Shown: positions 47,045-58,002 of the stretch, in pieces
How the letters are laid out: every line of letters begins with the position of its first letter
Position numbering within the stretch: position 1 is the first letter of the stretch
Assembly (NCBI GenBank): GCA_937920105.1
Contig: CALETH010000070.1
Coordinates: forward strand, 7,483 to 71,482
Length of the DNA: 64,000 nucleotides
Reading direction: 5' to 3'
From: an uncultured Bacteroidota bacterium
Lineage (GTDB): Bacteria > Bacteroidota > Ignavibacteria > UBA10030 > UBA8401
The notes under the pieces: model-generated
Databases searched by the model: none
The model's input: only the letters and a program-made list of their open reading frames with translations
What the model was told of the DNA's origin: nothing
Program-made: the position numbers and the translations under genes

Positions 47045-48418
47045 ATGGAATTCATTTTTGTTGTCGCTTTTTTTGTTGCACTTATTGCAATGAAAAAGTT
47101 TAATATCATTCCCTTTGGAATGAATGTTCAAACACAAGACCCGCCTGCTCTACCTATTGACACAAGTGAAATTGCAAAACTTATTGGAGAGACGGTGCGT
47201 TCAATTTTTCAAGAAGAGCGTAGTAAATCTTCCCAACCTCCACCGCCAGCACAATCCACAAATACAACAAGAGTTGGTATTACAGAATTTATAAAACCAT
47301 GGCAACGTCGTTCTGTTAAGCAACTCAATGCTTTGGTTTTTCAATATAGAGGAGTAACAGAACGTGCATCGCAATTATTTTCTGAAGTGAATAAAGAATT
47401 AAAAGAGATGCCGGAAGAGTTACGACAAGCAGAAACTGCAGAAACATTGCATAAAATTCGTAACTCAGGACTTTCTGAAAATCAACAAATACGGTTAATG
47501 TCATCACTCACTGGAGCTGAGGGTGGTTATACTGTATTGCCTGCTCCACTACTTGCTGAAATTTTTATTCTTGTAGAAAAGTGGGGATATGCAAGAAGAT
47601 ATTTCAGACCTATACCTATGGTAACAGATAGTTTAAAAATGAGTTCGATTGTTACCGAAGCAATTGCATATTGGGTTACTCAAGGCAATAAAATTCCTGC
47701 AAGTGATTTAGCCTTTGGTGATGGAGAGTTAAAAGTTTTTAAGTTAGCGGGTATTTCTGCGTGGACTTCAGAACTTGAAGAAGACCAAGCAATTGCAGTT
47801 CTTCCGCTTTTTGTTGAGTCGTTGGCTCGTGCAATATACAAACAAGAAGACTTGGCCGGTTTTGTCGGAGATGGTTCGGCAACATACGGTGGCTTCACCG
47901 GTATGATAAATGTTGCCGGTAAAATTGTTGTTATGGATGTCGGTAAAACATCTTTTGCAAATGCAACAGCTGATGATTATAAAAAATTGCGTGATGCTTT
48001 ACCGATAGACCAGCGAGATGGTGCACAGTATTTTCTCCATCCAACATTAGTAAGTGAACTTGAAGGACTAAAAGATAATCAAGGAAATTATATTTATCGA
48101 AAACCTTCAGAAGCATTACCAGCAACACTGTGGGGATATCCTATTGCCAACAGCCTTGGAATTCCTGCATTACCCGGTCTTGCAAATTCCGCTCCGGATG
48201 AACGATTTGCTGTTTTCGGAAATCCACGTAATACCTTAATGGGACAAAGGAGACAAATTGAACTAGTTATTTCAAAGGAAGGTATTCTTGATAATGGTAC
48301 GGATATTTTATTTAACACCTTACAACAAGATGGAGCAATTGTTCGTCTCACCGAACGTGTTGGATTTAAAACAATGCTTTCCAATGCTTACGCAGTATTG
48401 AAAACCGCTGCTATGTAA
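47045..48418 (+). CDS. Major capsid protein (HK97 fold) with N-terminal scaffold/delta region
   Basis: Position after the protease. Length 457 aa with an N-terminal charged helical region. Confidence 0.55.
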   Translation: MEFIFVVAFFVALIAMKKFNIIPFGMNVQTQDPPALPIDTSEIAKLIGETVRSIFQEERSKSSQPPPPAQSTNTTRVGITEFIKPWQRRSVKQLNALVFQYRGVTERASQLFSEVNKELKEMPEELRQAETAETLHKIRNSGLSENQQIRLMSSLTGAEGGYTVLPAPLLAEIFILVEKWGYARRYFRPIPMVTDSLKMSSIVTEAIAYWVTQGNKIPASDLAFGDGELKVFKLAGISAWTSELEEDQAIAVLPLFVESLARAIYKQEDLAGFVGDGSATYGGFTGMINVAGKIVVMDVGKTSFANATADDYKKLRDALPIDQRDGAQYFLHPTLVSELEGLKDNQGNYIYRKPSEALPATLWGYPIANSLGIPALPGLANSAPDERFAVFGNPRNTLMGQRRQIELVISKEGILDNGTDILFNTLQQDGAIVRLTERVGFKTMLSNAYAVLKTAAM

Positions 48419-48451
48419 AACTTTATAAACATTAATGAAGGAATAAAAATT

Positions 48452-48649
48452 ATGGCTTTACTAAAATTTAAATATGATTGTCGTTTCACCGGAGCAAAAT
48501 CAAAGAAAGAATATTTTGCCATTGCAGGTGTATCTCTTGAAGTAAAGGAAGGAGACTATACACATTTAGGCAAAAAAGATTATGAGGAAGTGATAGAAAA
48601 AAAACCGGAAGATACCGGAGCACCAGAAACTGGAAAAAAAAACTCATGA
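48452..48649 (+). CDS. Small hypothetical head-associated protein
   Basis: ORF with aggaa RBS. Confidence 0.25.
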   Translation: MALLKFKYDCRFTGAKSKKEYFAIAGVSLEVKEGDYTHLGKKDYEEVIEKKPEDTGAPETGKKNS

Positions 48650-48701
48650 CTCCTGTACCGTTTTCCCGCGATAAAGTTTCTTCAAAAATTATTATGATGC
48701 C

Positions 48702-49328
48702 ATGACTCTTTCTCCTAATGCTTTTCTTTCACTTTCTGAAGTGAAGGATGTCTTAAATATTAAACAAGAAGACCCAGCACGAGATATTATTCTTACTCGT
48801 TGGATTAATTGGATTAGTGATGAAATAGAAACGTTATGTCAAAATCCTATAAAAAAACGACTCATTACTAATGAATTATTATCAGGAGACGGTACAGCGT
48901 TTCTCTATACTAATCACTATCCAATACTTTTTCTTGCCGGAGAAAATGAAGAAGAACAACTGCACAATTTACAATACAGGAATATTTTCAGTGGACCATG
49001 GTATGATTGTACCGGTTCACTGGAAAATATTTTTATTGATAAATTTTCTCCATGCAAAATCGAATTATTGCAAGGAACATTTCCTCGTGGGAAAAGGAAT
49101 ATCAAGATACAGTATTATGCAGGATATGAAACAATACCCGGAGAGTTATTACTTGTTGTTTCGGAATATTTGCAAATGCAATGGAATAACTCAAAATACG
49201 GTGCAGGAAATTTAGGGTATGGAAGTAAATCCAATAATATTAACGGTATGAGTTCTACAGATTCTTTTAGAAATCTACGTCCGGATTGGTTGGAAAGAAT
49301 TTTTCATTATAGAAAACCTTCTTTATAG
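48702..49328 (+). CDS. Head-tail connector / adaptor (gp6-like)
   Basis: N-terminus LSLSEVKDVLNIKQEDPARDIILTRWINWISDEIETLC resembles gp6-like connectors. Confidence 0.5.
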   Translation: MTLSPNAFLSLSEVKDVLNIKQEDPARDIILTRWINWISDEIETLCQNPIKKRLITNELLSGDGTAFLYTNHYPILFLAGENEEEQLHNLQYRNIFSGPWYDCTGSLENIFIDKFSPCKIELLQGTFPRGKRNIKIQYYAGYETIPGELLLVVSEYLQMQWNNSKYGAGNLGYGSKSNNINGMSSTDSFRNLRPDWLERIFHYRKPSL

Positions 49329-49334
49329 AAAATC

Positions 49335-49838
49335 ATGCAAACAAGTTCTCGTATTGAATTAGCTAAAAAAGATGTCATTGAAGAATTTAAAAAAATTCAA
49401 AAGTCTAATGGCTTTCGTAATGATGTTGCTTCTGTATTACCGCTCATTAGAAGCGAAGACCAAATTACACAATATCCTGAAATCGGTATCGAACTTGGAC
49501 CGGAGAAGTTACAACCATTAAATGATAAGTGGACTGTTTATGATTCGAACGTTACAGTGTTTATTGTTGGGACTGTAGAAAGTAATACAGATACCGAAAC
49601 TGACGTTCCTTATGCTATTGATGCAATGGAAGCTCTTGTTCACGATATGAGAAAAGTTGTTGTAACAATTTTTTCAAAATACATCAATCAATTGGAAAAT
49701 AGGTGGAATGTTTCTCCGAAGACAAAAGAAATAATTTTTTATCGTCAATCCAATTTAGGAAACAAAAGAAACAAACATCTTGTGGAAACATCATTCAATA
49801 TCAAAGTTCGTATAGATACCATAGTGGAAAAAGAATGA
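49335..49838 (+). CDS. Hypothetical head-tail joining protein
   Basis: Position only. Confidence 0.3.
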   Translation: MQTSSRIELAKKDVIEEFKKIQKSNGFRNDVASVLPLIRSEDQITQYPEIGIELGPEKLQPLNDKWTVYDSNVTVFIVGTVESNTDTETDVPYAIDAMEALVHDMRKVVVTIFSKYINQLENRWNVSPKTKEIIFYRQSNLGNKRNKHLVETSFNIKVRIDTIVEKE

Positions 49839-50362
49839 TACAAATATCAATCAAAGGAAAAATACCATCACTGAATCCGGATATATCAAATGCAATGAAA
49901 CAGATAGCATTGTATCAAAAAAAATCCGTGCAAAGAAATTTTGTAGAAGGTGGTAGACCAGCTCGATGGGTTCCAATTAAAAGCGGTGAATCAAATCCTC
50001 TTTTTTCCAGCGGTCGCTTATTTTCTTCTATTATGGAAACATTCGAAGAAACATGGGCTGAAGTAAGCGCTGGTGGAAATGGTATTACCTATGCAAGACT
50101 TCATCAATACGGTGGCGTTTTACATCCAAAAATTACAGAACGTTCAAAAAGTTTTTTTTGGAAAATGTTTTATCACACCGGAGACACAATGTGGAAAGCG
50201 TTGGCGTTAAAAAATGTTGGTAGCACTCTTACAGTAAATATTCCCGCACGTCCATATATGGTATTTCAACCGGAAGATATTACAACAATTAAAAAGATTT
50301 TACTCAATTCTATTGTTAGAATCACAACTGACAATGATGAGAATATTTCTACACTACAATAA
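49835..50362 (+). CDS. Virion morphogenesis / tail-completion family protein
   Basis: ATG at 49835 (ATGA overlap). ...NFVEGGRPARWVPIKSGE... resembles the phage virion morphogenesis family. Confidence 0.4.
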   Translation: MIQISIKGKIPSLNPDISNAMKQIALYQKKSVQRNFVEGGRPARWVPIKSGESNPLFSSGRLFSSIMETFEETWAEVSAGGNGITYARLHQYGGVLHPKITERSKSFFWKMFYHTGDTMWKALALKNVGSTLTVNIPARPYMVFQPEDITTIKKILLNSIVRITTDNDENISTLQ

Positions 50363-50378
50363 TAAAACGGGAGTTATC

Positions 50379-50684
50379 ATGAACACAATAACTGTTATTT
50401 CGGAAAAACCATACACCTTCAAAAAATTAGTATTAGGTGTACTGCTTCGTGCAAAGAAAATTTTGCAAGAGGCAAATTTTACTTCTATAGAGGAAGTAAT
50501 AGGAGATACTGAAAAAGAAAAATTTATTTCTCAAAAATGGACTGAGTTTTGTACAACAATTTTTAACGAACCATATCGAAGCGAAGACTTTTTCAATTTG
50601 TATGAAAGTGAGGTAAGAGAAGTTATAGAAAATTTTTTCGTTTTGGTTTCGGAACAAACGACACGTCCTTCCAAAAATGTTTGA
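50379..50684 (+). CDS. Putative tail assembly chaperone (G-like)
   Basis: Position immediately before the tape measure. An acidic small protein. Confidence 0.3.
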   Translation: MNTITVISEKPYTFKKLVLGVLLRAKKILQEANFTSIEEVIGDTEKEKFISQKWTEFCTTIFNEPYRSEDFFNLYESEVREVIENFFVLVSEQTTRPSKNV

Positions 50685-50902
50685 AGGACTTTAAAAAATT
50701 TAGTCTCAAAAATGCAAAACAGGTAACACCTATTAGTAAAGGATATGAACTTGAATATTTAGTCTATCAACTTTGTAAAGGTGATATAACCAAAAGAAAT
50801 TATATCCTGCAAAATTACAGTTATACCGAATCTATTGAATGGTGTATGTTGCACCGTTACGAAATATTTGTTGAGCAAGAATTATTAAAGCAAGAACATT
50901 AA
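50681..50902 (+). CDS. Putative tail chaperone extension (GT-like, possibly -1 frameshift product)
   Basis: The ORF is in the -1 frame relative to 50379-50684 and overlaps its 3' end. Confidence 0.25.
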   Translation: MKDFKKFSLKNAKQVTPISKGYELEYLVYQLCKGDITKRNYILQNYSYTESIEWCMLHRYEIFVEQELLKQEH

Positions 50903-50909
50903 AAAAATA

Positions 50910-53117
50910 ATGGAAGAAAAAATTCACATACGTGTTGAGACTACCAACAAAGAGCTCCAAGAATTAGTTGGAAAATTCAATGATGCCAATATTACAATTG
51001 GTGAGATGGCACGCTTGAAAAAACTTCTTACTGCGGAGGCAAAAAATGTTATCAATGCTTTTGATGCAGAAAGTAAAGAAGCGAAAAAATTCAAAGACGC
51101 GTTGGAAAATGTTAATAATGTTCAACAAAAAGCAAAACTTACTACCGGAGGACTTCATCAAAAATATTTTGAGTTAGGAAAAAAATTACGAGAAACATTT
51201 TTGCAAATGCAAAATTTTGCTGTTGTTGGAGCAACACTTTTCGGATTAAAAGAACTCGGTGAGGGAGCCGCTCGAGTAGAAATGTTGCGTAATCAATTAG
51301 CAGAGTTAACAAAAAAAGAAGGTGTAAATGTTACTTCGTTTCTTATTGAACTTCGAAAAGCAACCGGAAATAGTGTCAGTGATTTGGAACTATTACAAAA
51401 AGCGACTGAGTTTAAATTAGCAGGAACTGGAGTTGCACAAATACCTCAGCTGTTAGCCTTTGCTGATGACCGCGCAAAATTATTAGGCAAAACATTTGAT
51501 GAAGTTGCCGATATGTTGTTGAAAATGGAATTAGGTAGCGGTGAAAAAGTAGCTCAAACACTAAGACTTAATATTGATGTCAAAAAAGCGAATGAAGAAT
51601 TTGCAAAATCTATCGGTACTACTGCAAGTGAACTTTCCAAAGCCGGTCAACAACAAGCATTTTTTAATGAGGCTCTGCGAGTTGCAGAACAACAACAAAA
51701 TTCTCTTGCTGGTGCAAATACAAAAGTTATTGATAGTTATGAAAAAACAGATGCTGCAATAAAAAATCTCAGTGATTCTTTAGGTAACGTTGTTAATTCA
51801 TTATCTCCAATACTTCATTTAGCAGCAAAAACTATTAATAGTATGGCACAGGGTGTTTCTTCAGTATTGCGCATTATAGAATATGCTATGAAAGGCTTAG
51901 AATTTGGTTACTCCATTGTTCAAGCACTTTTAGAAAAAGATTTTAATAAAGTAAATAGTATTCTCTCACAAGCAGACAAAGAAAAGAAAACATTTCTTGC
52001 AGATATGACATCCATTGGAAAACAAATTGAACAAATATGGGAAAGCCAAGAAGAAGGAGCAAAAAAAGCTAATGATGAACAAAAAAAATATAATAAAGAG
52101 CAGTTGCAAAGTTTCATTGATAAAAGTGAAAAAACAAAAAAACTCAATGAGCAAGAAAAATCCAGAAAAAAAGAACTCGAAGATGAAGTAAAAATTATTA
52201 GAGACAAATTTGATGTTGGTGAACTTACAAAACAAAAAGCAATTGAAGAATTAAATATTCTTAAATCGAAAGCAACAACAGAACGTGAACGTTTGAATAT
52301 CCTCAAAGAAATTATTGCTGTTACCGAAGCAAAGAATGCTCACGAGCAAGCCGCTGAACGAAGAAGAAAATCTTCAAAAAATGAAACACTTACTCCGTTT
52401 ATAGATTATGAGGGACAAGAAAAAAGTAAAAAGTTTTTTCAAGATTTGAGCGAGAAAAAAATTTCTATGATGGAAAAAGAAGTTAATTTGGGATTAAAAT
52501 CTAAAACGAACTTACTTACATTACTTCGAAATGAATTAAAAATAGAACAAAGTTACGAACGACAATTAGAATTAAAACAAAAAATCAGTGATGTAGAAAA
52601 TGAAATTGTTGAATCCGATATGGCCGCTCAAGCCGGACTCAGTGCTATCAATTCAATGGTTTCTGCTCTTAATAGCGAATTTAAAAAAGCGTGGGAGAAT
52701 GTGTTTGGAGAAGCCAACTCATTATTGGAGAAATTTTCCGAAGCATTTTTTGAATTTCTTGCAGAAGCAATGGTAAAATTAGCCATTTTTAAAATTTTAG
52801 ATTTTGCAACTGGTGGAGCACCAATTGCTTCCATGGTAGGAAAATCATTTGGCTTTTTAGCGGAAGGTGGAATTGTTAACGAACCAATTATTGGCAAAGG
52901 TAGAAATAGCGGACGAGGTTATGTTATCGGTGAGGCAGGAGCAGAAGCTATTATTCCTCTTAACAAACTCAATATGCTAATGCAAGAATTACGATTTGGG
53001 TTTTCAAAACAACAAGCAGTTCGTCCTGTTAATCTCACAGTTCAACTTGGAAACAAAACTGTAGAAAATGTTATTGTGAATTCTTTAGGTAAAACTTTTC
53101 GTACAAGAAAAATATAA
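50910..53117 (+). CDS. Tail tape measure protein
   Basis: 735 aa and highly coiled-coil (Lys/Glu-rich), in the expected position. Confidence 0.65.
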   Translation: MEEKIHIRVETTNKELQELVGKFNDANITIGEMARLKKLLTAEAKNVINAFDAESKEAKKFKDALENVNNVQQKAKLTTGGLHQKYFELGKKLRETFLQMQNFAVVGATLFGLKELGEGAARVEMLRNQLAELTKKEGVNVTSFLIELRKATGNSVSDLELLQKATEFKLAGTGVAQIPQLLAFADDRAKLLGKTFDEVADMLLKMELGSGEKVAQTLRLNIDVKKANEEFAKSIGTTASELSKAGQQQAFFNEALRVAEQQQNSLAGANTKVIDSYEKTDAAIKNLSDSLGNVVNSLSPILHLAAKTINSMAQGVSSVLRIIEYAMKGLEFGYSIVQALLEKDFNKVNSILSQADKEKKTFLADMTSIGKQIEQIWESQEEGAKKANDEQKKYNKEQLQSFIDKSEKTKKLNEQEKSRKKELEDEVKIIRDKFDVGELTKQKAIEELNILKSKATTERERLNILKEIIAVTEAKNAHEQAAERRRKSSKNETLTPFIDYEGQEKSKKFFQDLSEKKISMMEKEVNLGLKSKTNLLTLLRNELKIEQSYERQLELKQKISDVENEIVESDMAAQAGLSAINSMVSALNSEFKKAWENVFGEANSLLEKFSEAFFEFLAEAMVKLAIFKILDFATGGAPIASMVGKSFGFLAEGGIVNEPIIGKGRNSGRGYVIGEAGAEAIIPLNKLNMLMQELRFGFSKQQAVRPVNLTVQLGNKTVENVIVNSLGKTFRTRKI

Positions 53118-55570
53118 TGCTCACACTACCGTTAAAACTTGCCAACGCTATTGATAATGAAGAACCATTGGTGTGGGTGTTAGTTCTTGAACTTGATTCT
53201 CAAACACTCTATTACTCTACATCCGAAATAGGAATCATTACAACGACTAAAGAGATACAGAGTATTGATAATATTGAAAGCGGTGTTGATATAACTGAAG
53301 GTGGTGGAATCGGATGGGTTTCCAATGCAGTCATAACATTTAATGAAATTTGTATTCCGGAAGGATTACATACAAAATTTTCTCCTTTTTCTGGAGAAGA
53401 GATAATTAATAGAGTAGCACGATTAGGAGTAACTTCAAAAGATTGTAATGCAGAATCCGATATTCTTTTTCTTCATCGATTTATTATTGATGAATCACCA
53501 TTTACACGAGAAAATATTACTCTTACACTTGTGGATTCATCGGAACTTGATAATGTAAAAATTCCACAGAAAGTTATTGATGCCGCAACATTTCCAAACG
53601 CTCCTAAAGAAAATGTTGGAAAACCATTACCAATAGTGTATGGAGATTTTTATACTCCGCAGTTTTGGGGAGAAATTACCGGAGAAATTAATTTTAATCG
53701 TAAGTATAGATTAGCACCAGCAATTTGTGTTGATAAAGATATTTTAGAATTTGTTGCTGCTGGTCATGAGTGTTCACAAAAGCTTATTGAAAGTGCAAAC
53801 AACAAAGATATAGTGTATTACAAATTAGGAAAATTTTTTGGTAAGGTTCGCTCTGTTCATGCGTATCCGGATGTTTTTATTAACGCTTCACACACTCTTT
53901 TAGGAAATATTACAAAATTTTCTTTGTTAAAAGATAATTTATTTGTTAGTGTCTACGTCGTTCCGGAATTAGCTACAACAAATGAAGATGTTAATGCAAA
54001 ATATGCTGTTGATGAAAGTTTTGATACAAAAGTATTGTTATATCAAGCAGATAGTAGTACGCCAAATCCCACTCCTACTAAGCATCTTCGTTTTATTTGT
54101 ACAGGGTTAGAAGGAATTAAAAATCTTACAATTTTTCCGGCAAACTTTGGTTTTTATGATGAATTCGGACGGCTAAAATTATTAATTGCACATTGGCAAG
54201 ATGGTTTATTAAACAATTCGCGTACAGATACAATGTCATTGGATTGGCTTAATCTCAAAACAGGAGCTAGCGGACGTCCCTTAGCATTACAAGGAAGTCC
54301 CCCAGGAAGTTTTGAACAAATATCTGTTGGTGGTACCGGTAATATAATTTCATATTACAGTTTTTTACCACAATCGAATAGTTTTTTAAAAGATTTATCA
54401 CCAAGTGATATTGCCAATATCGTGTGGGATTTTTATCTAACAAACACATTGAAAAGCCAAAGTGAATTTCATTTACGCGGTATAGCAATGCACTTTACAA
54501 TGTTAGTTGGAGCGGAGAATGTTTCTTCCATTGTTGGAAAAATACCAGCGCCAAAAGATGTCGGTGGTTTTTTCGATAAATGGTTAGGTTCATTTGCTGA
54601 TATAGATTCAATTTCATCAAATTTTTTTCTTGCAGTGAAGGGAAGACGTTATGGAAACTGGATTACAGAAAACGGACGTTCTGTTGGTTATTCCTCCTCA
54701 GATTGTATCGAACAACCGGCATACATTATAGAAAGTATTTTACGAGAAGAAATGAAAGTTCCTTCATCTCGTATTAATACAACATCATTTGATACCATAG
54801 GCAATAGTATAAACGGATTACGGAAAGATTGGAAATTTATTCGTTCTATTACATCCTTTGAAAATGCAAGAGATGTTATAAAAAGGATTTGTTACGAAGC
54901 CCATCTTATTCTTTTCGAATCAAATGGGAAATATAAACTTGTTGCCCTTGATAAGAACGAAAACACACCCTTTATAATAGAGCAAAACCAAATGTCATCC
55001 GCTCCAATTATAGAACGAACACACACAGCATTATTGCGTAATAGGTTTACAGTAGGATACCAATATAGTTATGCAAGCAATACCTTTGAAAAAACGATGG
55101 TGTGCACTGAAGACTATTCTTCACCGGCAATGAATGAAGTTAGTCTTTGTAAAGTATCACAAGAAACCTATAGAGTAAAAAATCTACATGAAGATAATTT
55201 ATTGTGGATAAATGATGAAACAACAGCACAAATGTTTTTAGAAAAGAAAATTCATTGGCAGGCATTTCCACATCTTGTAACAAGTATTGTTGGTTGGTGG
55301 GGAACATCTTCTTCTGTTACAAGAAAGCCATTAATACAATATGAACTTGGTGAACAATGTAAAATTTCCCATCCATTACTTATTGATGGTAGTGGAGTAA
55401 ATCTGGATGTGTCCAATACAGTAGTATTTATGGTTGTTGATAAAGTGATAGATAAACAAAACCGGAGTGTTGAATTGAAATTATTTTCCATGCCAAGCGA
55501 TATTTTCATTAGTGCTCAAGGCGGAGAAATTATAACAACAAATAATAATGAATGGCTAATTCCAACATAA
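53117..55570 (+). CDS. Distal tail / tail-tip protein (817 aa)
   Basis: Position directly after the TMP with a coupled start. Confidence 0.4.
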   Translation: MLTLPLKLANAIDNEEPLVWVLVLELDSQTLYYSTSEIGIITTTKEIQSIDNIESGVDITEGGGIGWVSNAVITFNEICIPEGLHTKFSPFSGEEIINRVARLGVTSKDCNAESDILFLHRFIIDESPFTRENITLTLVDSSELDNVKIPQKVIDAATFPNAPKENVGKPLPIVYGDFYTPQFWGEITGEINFNRKYRLAPAICVDKDILEFVAAGHECSQKLIESANNKDIVYYKLGKFFGKVRSVHAYPDVFINASHTLLGNITKFSLLKDNLFVSVYVVPELATTNEDVNAKYAVDESFDTKVLLYQADSSTPNPTPTKHLRFICTGLEGIKNLTIFPANFGFYDEFGRLKLLIAHWQDGLLNNSRTDTMSLDWLNLKTGASGRPLALQGSPPGSFEQISVGGTGNIISYYSFLPQSNSFLKDLSPSDIANIVWDFYLTNTLKSQSEFHLRGIAMHFTMLVGAENVSSIVGKIPAPKDVGGFFDKWLGSFADIDSISSNFFLAVKGRRYGNWITENGRSVGYSSSDCIEQPAYIIESILREEMKVPSSRINTTSFDTIGNSINGLRKDWKFIRSITSFENARDVIKRICYEAHLILFESNGKYKLVALDKNENTPFIIEQNQMSSAPIIERTHTALLRNRFTVGYQYSYASNTFEKTMVCTEDYSSPAMNEVSLCKVSQETYRVKNLHEDNLLWINDETTAQMFLEKKIHWQAFPHLVTSIVGWWGTSSSVTRKPLIQYELGEQCKISHPLLIDGSGVNLDVSNTVVFMVVDKVIDKQNRSVELKLFSMPSDIFISAQGGEIITTNNNEWLIPT

Positions 55571-55580
55571 TAGGTAATCT

Positions 55581-56024
55581 ATGCTAATTATAAAAGTAAA
55601 AGTTCCACAAATGACGGAAGTAGTAACTCTTGGAGATGATGATATTATTTACGCCATCCTTAATCCAACGTCTCCAACTCCGTTAGATGTAAAAATTAAG
55701 AAAAAAAACTTTTTTGCACCCCTACAAAATCAAATTAATGCGTTAAACAATACAATGAATCTGAAGGTTCAAGGAGGAACACTCTCTTTTGGAAATTTAA
55801 ATGGTGCTGCAAAAAATATGTCTGTAGTTTTTTCAAAAACGTATACAGCAATTCCTACAGTTCTTGTATCGTTATTTAAGTTAGACTCAAGTGTTGGTAG
55901 CAATACAAGAATTAATGTTGTTGCACAAAATATTACAACTACAGGATTCATTTGTAGAGCTGAGACGTGGTCCAATTCTGCAGTCTTTGATGTTGGTGCA
56001 ACATGGATAGCATTTGGTATTTGA
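55581..56024 (+). CDS. Tail-associated hypothetical protein
   Basis: ORF with position only. Confidence 0.3.
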   Translation: MLIIKVKVPQMTEVVTLGDDDIIYAILNPTSPTPLDVKIKKKNFFAPLQNQINALNNTMNLKVQGGTLSFGNLNGAAKNMSVVFSKTYTAIPTVLVSLFKLDSSVGSNTRINVVAQNITTTGFICRAETWSNSAVFDVGATWIAFGI

Positions 56025-56433
56025 TATGGCAGACACTATTACATTAACACATGGCATAGTTCCACAATCAAAAACGTTATCAGTTCTTCGAGTTAAAGGT
56101 TTTGATGATGCTGATGAGGTAGAGTATCATAATGTTTTTCAAAATACCAGCGATGATGGAACTATCTACGAATATGCAGATGGTTATCGAAGAATTATTA
56201 CTGTGGATTTTGGTGTTATTCAAAACAAAATAGATAGAATTTTTTTACACGATTTTGTTCGTGCTAGAAATACAAAAAAAATTTCGTACGGAAATGAAAG
56301 CAATCTTGCTGTAGTGCTACATGATATGGAAGGATTTTCTAATGAATGGATTGATGATGTTGAAGTTGCAAAAAATTATGTACTCCGATTAAAAGAAAAA
56401 AATCTTCGTACTGTAAATCCATCTTATTGGTGA
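56014..56433 (+). CDS. Tail-associated hypothetical protein
   Basis: ORF overlapping the previous one. Confidence 0.3.
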   Translation: MVFDMADTITLTHGIVPQSKTLSVLRVKGFDDADEVEYHNVFQNTSDDGTIYEYADGYRRIITVDFGVIQNKIDRIFLHDFVRARNTKKISYGNESNLAVVLHDMEGFSNEWIDDVEVAKNYVLRLKEKNLRTVNPSYW

Positions 56434-56437
56434 TGGT

Positions 56438-57016
56438 TCAATCGTGATACAGTGTAAGTTTAACGTCAGTAATTTTTATTGTTGAAGGAACTTTAATGTT
56501 GCTGAAATTAAATATGATACCGGTTACTACATAATTTTGTTGAAAATCTAAAGGCAAAGTAAATGTTTGCGGTGCATTTTCTTCAGCAATATTTTCGTAG
56601 TAAAAAGTTCTTCTTGAAATATATTCCCCGTTGGGTTTTTGAGTAATAGTAGAGGCGTCTTTTACTTCTACCTCAAAATTAAAAATACTACTCCGTGTAG
56701 AATTAAAAGTAAGAATTGCTTTGGAAGATTTTCGGATATCAATAAAATTTTCACTGTTGGGAAAAGAACAAGTAACCGCAACACCAACAGAAGGAACAGA
56801 ATCTATATATACAGTATCAATAGAAATTTCAAACCCATTCGGTTCTATCACAGCAAATTTTTTTATTCGAAGACTATCTAATTTTTGATAGAAAGGAGAA
56901 GCGGAAGGTTGATATAAAACCCATCCCTTAGGCTGAAGAGTTTCCGGGTCATCATTGTTACTTGAACAAGAAACAAAACACAGTGAGCAAAAAATATAAA
57001 GTAATAAATATTTCAT
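56438..57016 (-). CDS. Lipoprotein moron on opposite strand within the tail module
   Basis: Lipobox FVSC. Confidence 0.5.
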   Translation of the reverse strand: MKYLLLYIFCSLCFVSCSSNNDDPETLQPKGWVLYQPSASPFYQKLDSLRIKKFAVIEPNGFEISIDTVYIDSVPSVGVAVTCSFPNSENFIDIRKSSKAILTFNSTRSSIFNFEVEVKDASTITQKPNGEYISRRTFYYENIAEENAPQTFTLPLDFQQNYVVTGIIFNFSNIKVPSTIKITDVKLTLYHD

Positions 57017-57066
57017 AATTCAAAACTAACAAGTTTTTTTACTATAAACAATACAGGAGTATAACT

Positions 57067-57987
57067 ATGGCTATAACTTCAAATACAGCAAATATCAAAG
57101 TTGCCGGTATTGCCAAATGGCAAATGAAAATTCCTTCAGATATCGGTTACCGTGAAATTCCGGAAATGACGGAAGGGAAAATTATCACTAAAATTTTATT
57201 TAGGAAAGATACAAAAGGAAGAGAAGTTGCACACACAGTAGATTTTATGGCAACAATAAAAATTATGAATACAGGCAATGCTTCATTGATTAACAATATT
57301 GTAAAATTCGGTGAGCCTTCAGTATTACATAAAATTACAACAACCAATGGGCAAACATATTCTACAGCATTACTTGGAGACACTCGTTTTGGTGGGAAGT
57401 GGGTATTCGTGGCTAATGGAGATATGGAGGAAAATAGATACATAGAATATACCATCACTCGGAGATTATTGTATTCAGAATTTGAATCATTATTAGGTGT
57501 TCCACCATTAGACGGTGGACAATTGTCTACAGACTTTTTTTCATTAGGCACCACTACAGGAAAAATATTCGGTTACCTCACAACAGATGTCCGTCCTTCC
57601 GGAATTTCAAAAATAGAGTGGAGAGATGGAAGTTCCAGCGGTGTTTTTACTGATGTGTGTGATAATTTACGAAAGGCAAATTTTAAAGCAGAACTTCTTA
57701 CAACAAAAGATGGAAAGGGAAGAGAAATAGGATATGCAGTTGCTATAGAATTTTCAGCAGAAAATCTTCAAAGTGATGTCAGTGAATTATTACAACTTGA
57801 TAGTATGCACGGTCGAAGAAATGATTGTAAAATTACTCTTGTTGACAACGTTGCAATTATGCTCGATGATAAAGTAGGAATGATATTTGATTTTAATAAT
57901 GGAAATGACTCAGATGATATTTCCTTTGTTAAAATTACTGGTAGTGGAAAAATGCCAACATCGGTATGGAATGGATTATGGAGTTAA
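57067..57987 (+). CDS. Hypothetical structural protein (306 aa)
   Basis: ORF with acaggag RBS. Confidence 0.35.
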   Translation: MAITSNTANIKVAGIAKWQMKIPSDIGYREIPEMTEGKIITKILFRKDTKGREVAHTVDFMATIKIMNTGNASLINNIVKFGEPSVLHKITTTNGQTYSTALLGDTRFGGKWVFVANGDMEENRYIEYTITRRLLYSEFESLLGVPPLDGGQLSTDFFSLGTTTGKIFGYLTTDVRPSGISKIEWRDGSSSGVFTDVCDNLRKANFKAELLTTKDGKGREIGYAVAIEFSAENLQSDVSELLQLDSMHGRRNDCKITLVDNVAIMLDDKVGMIFDFNNGNDSDDISFVKITGSGKMPTSVWNGLWS

Positions 57988-58002
57988 TTAATAATTATTG
58001 AG

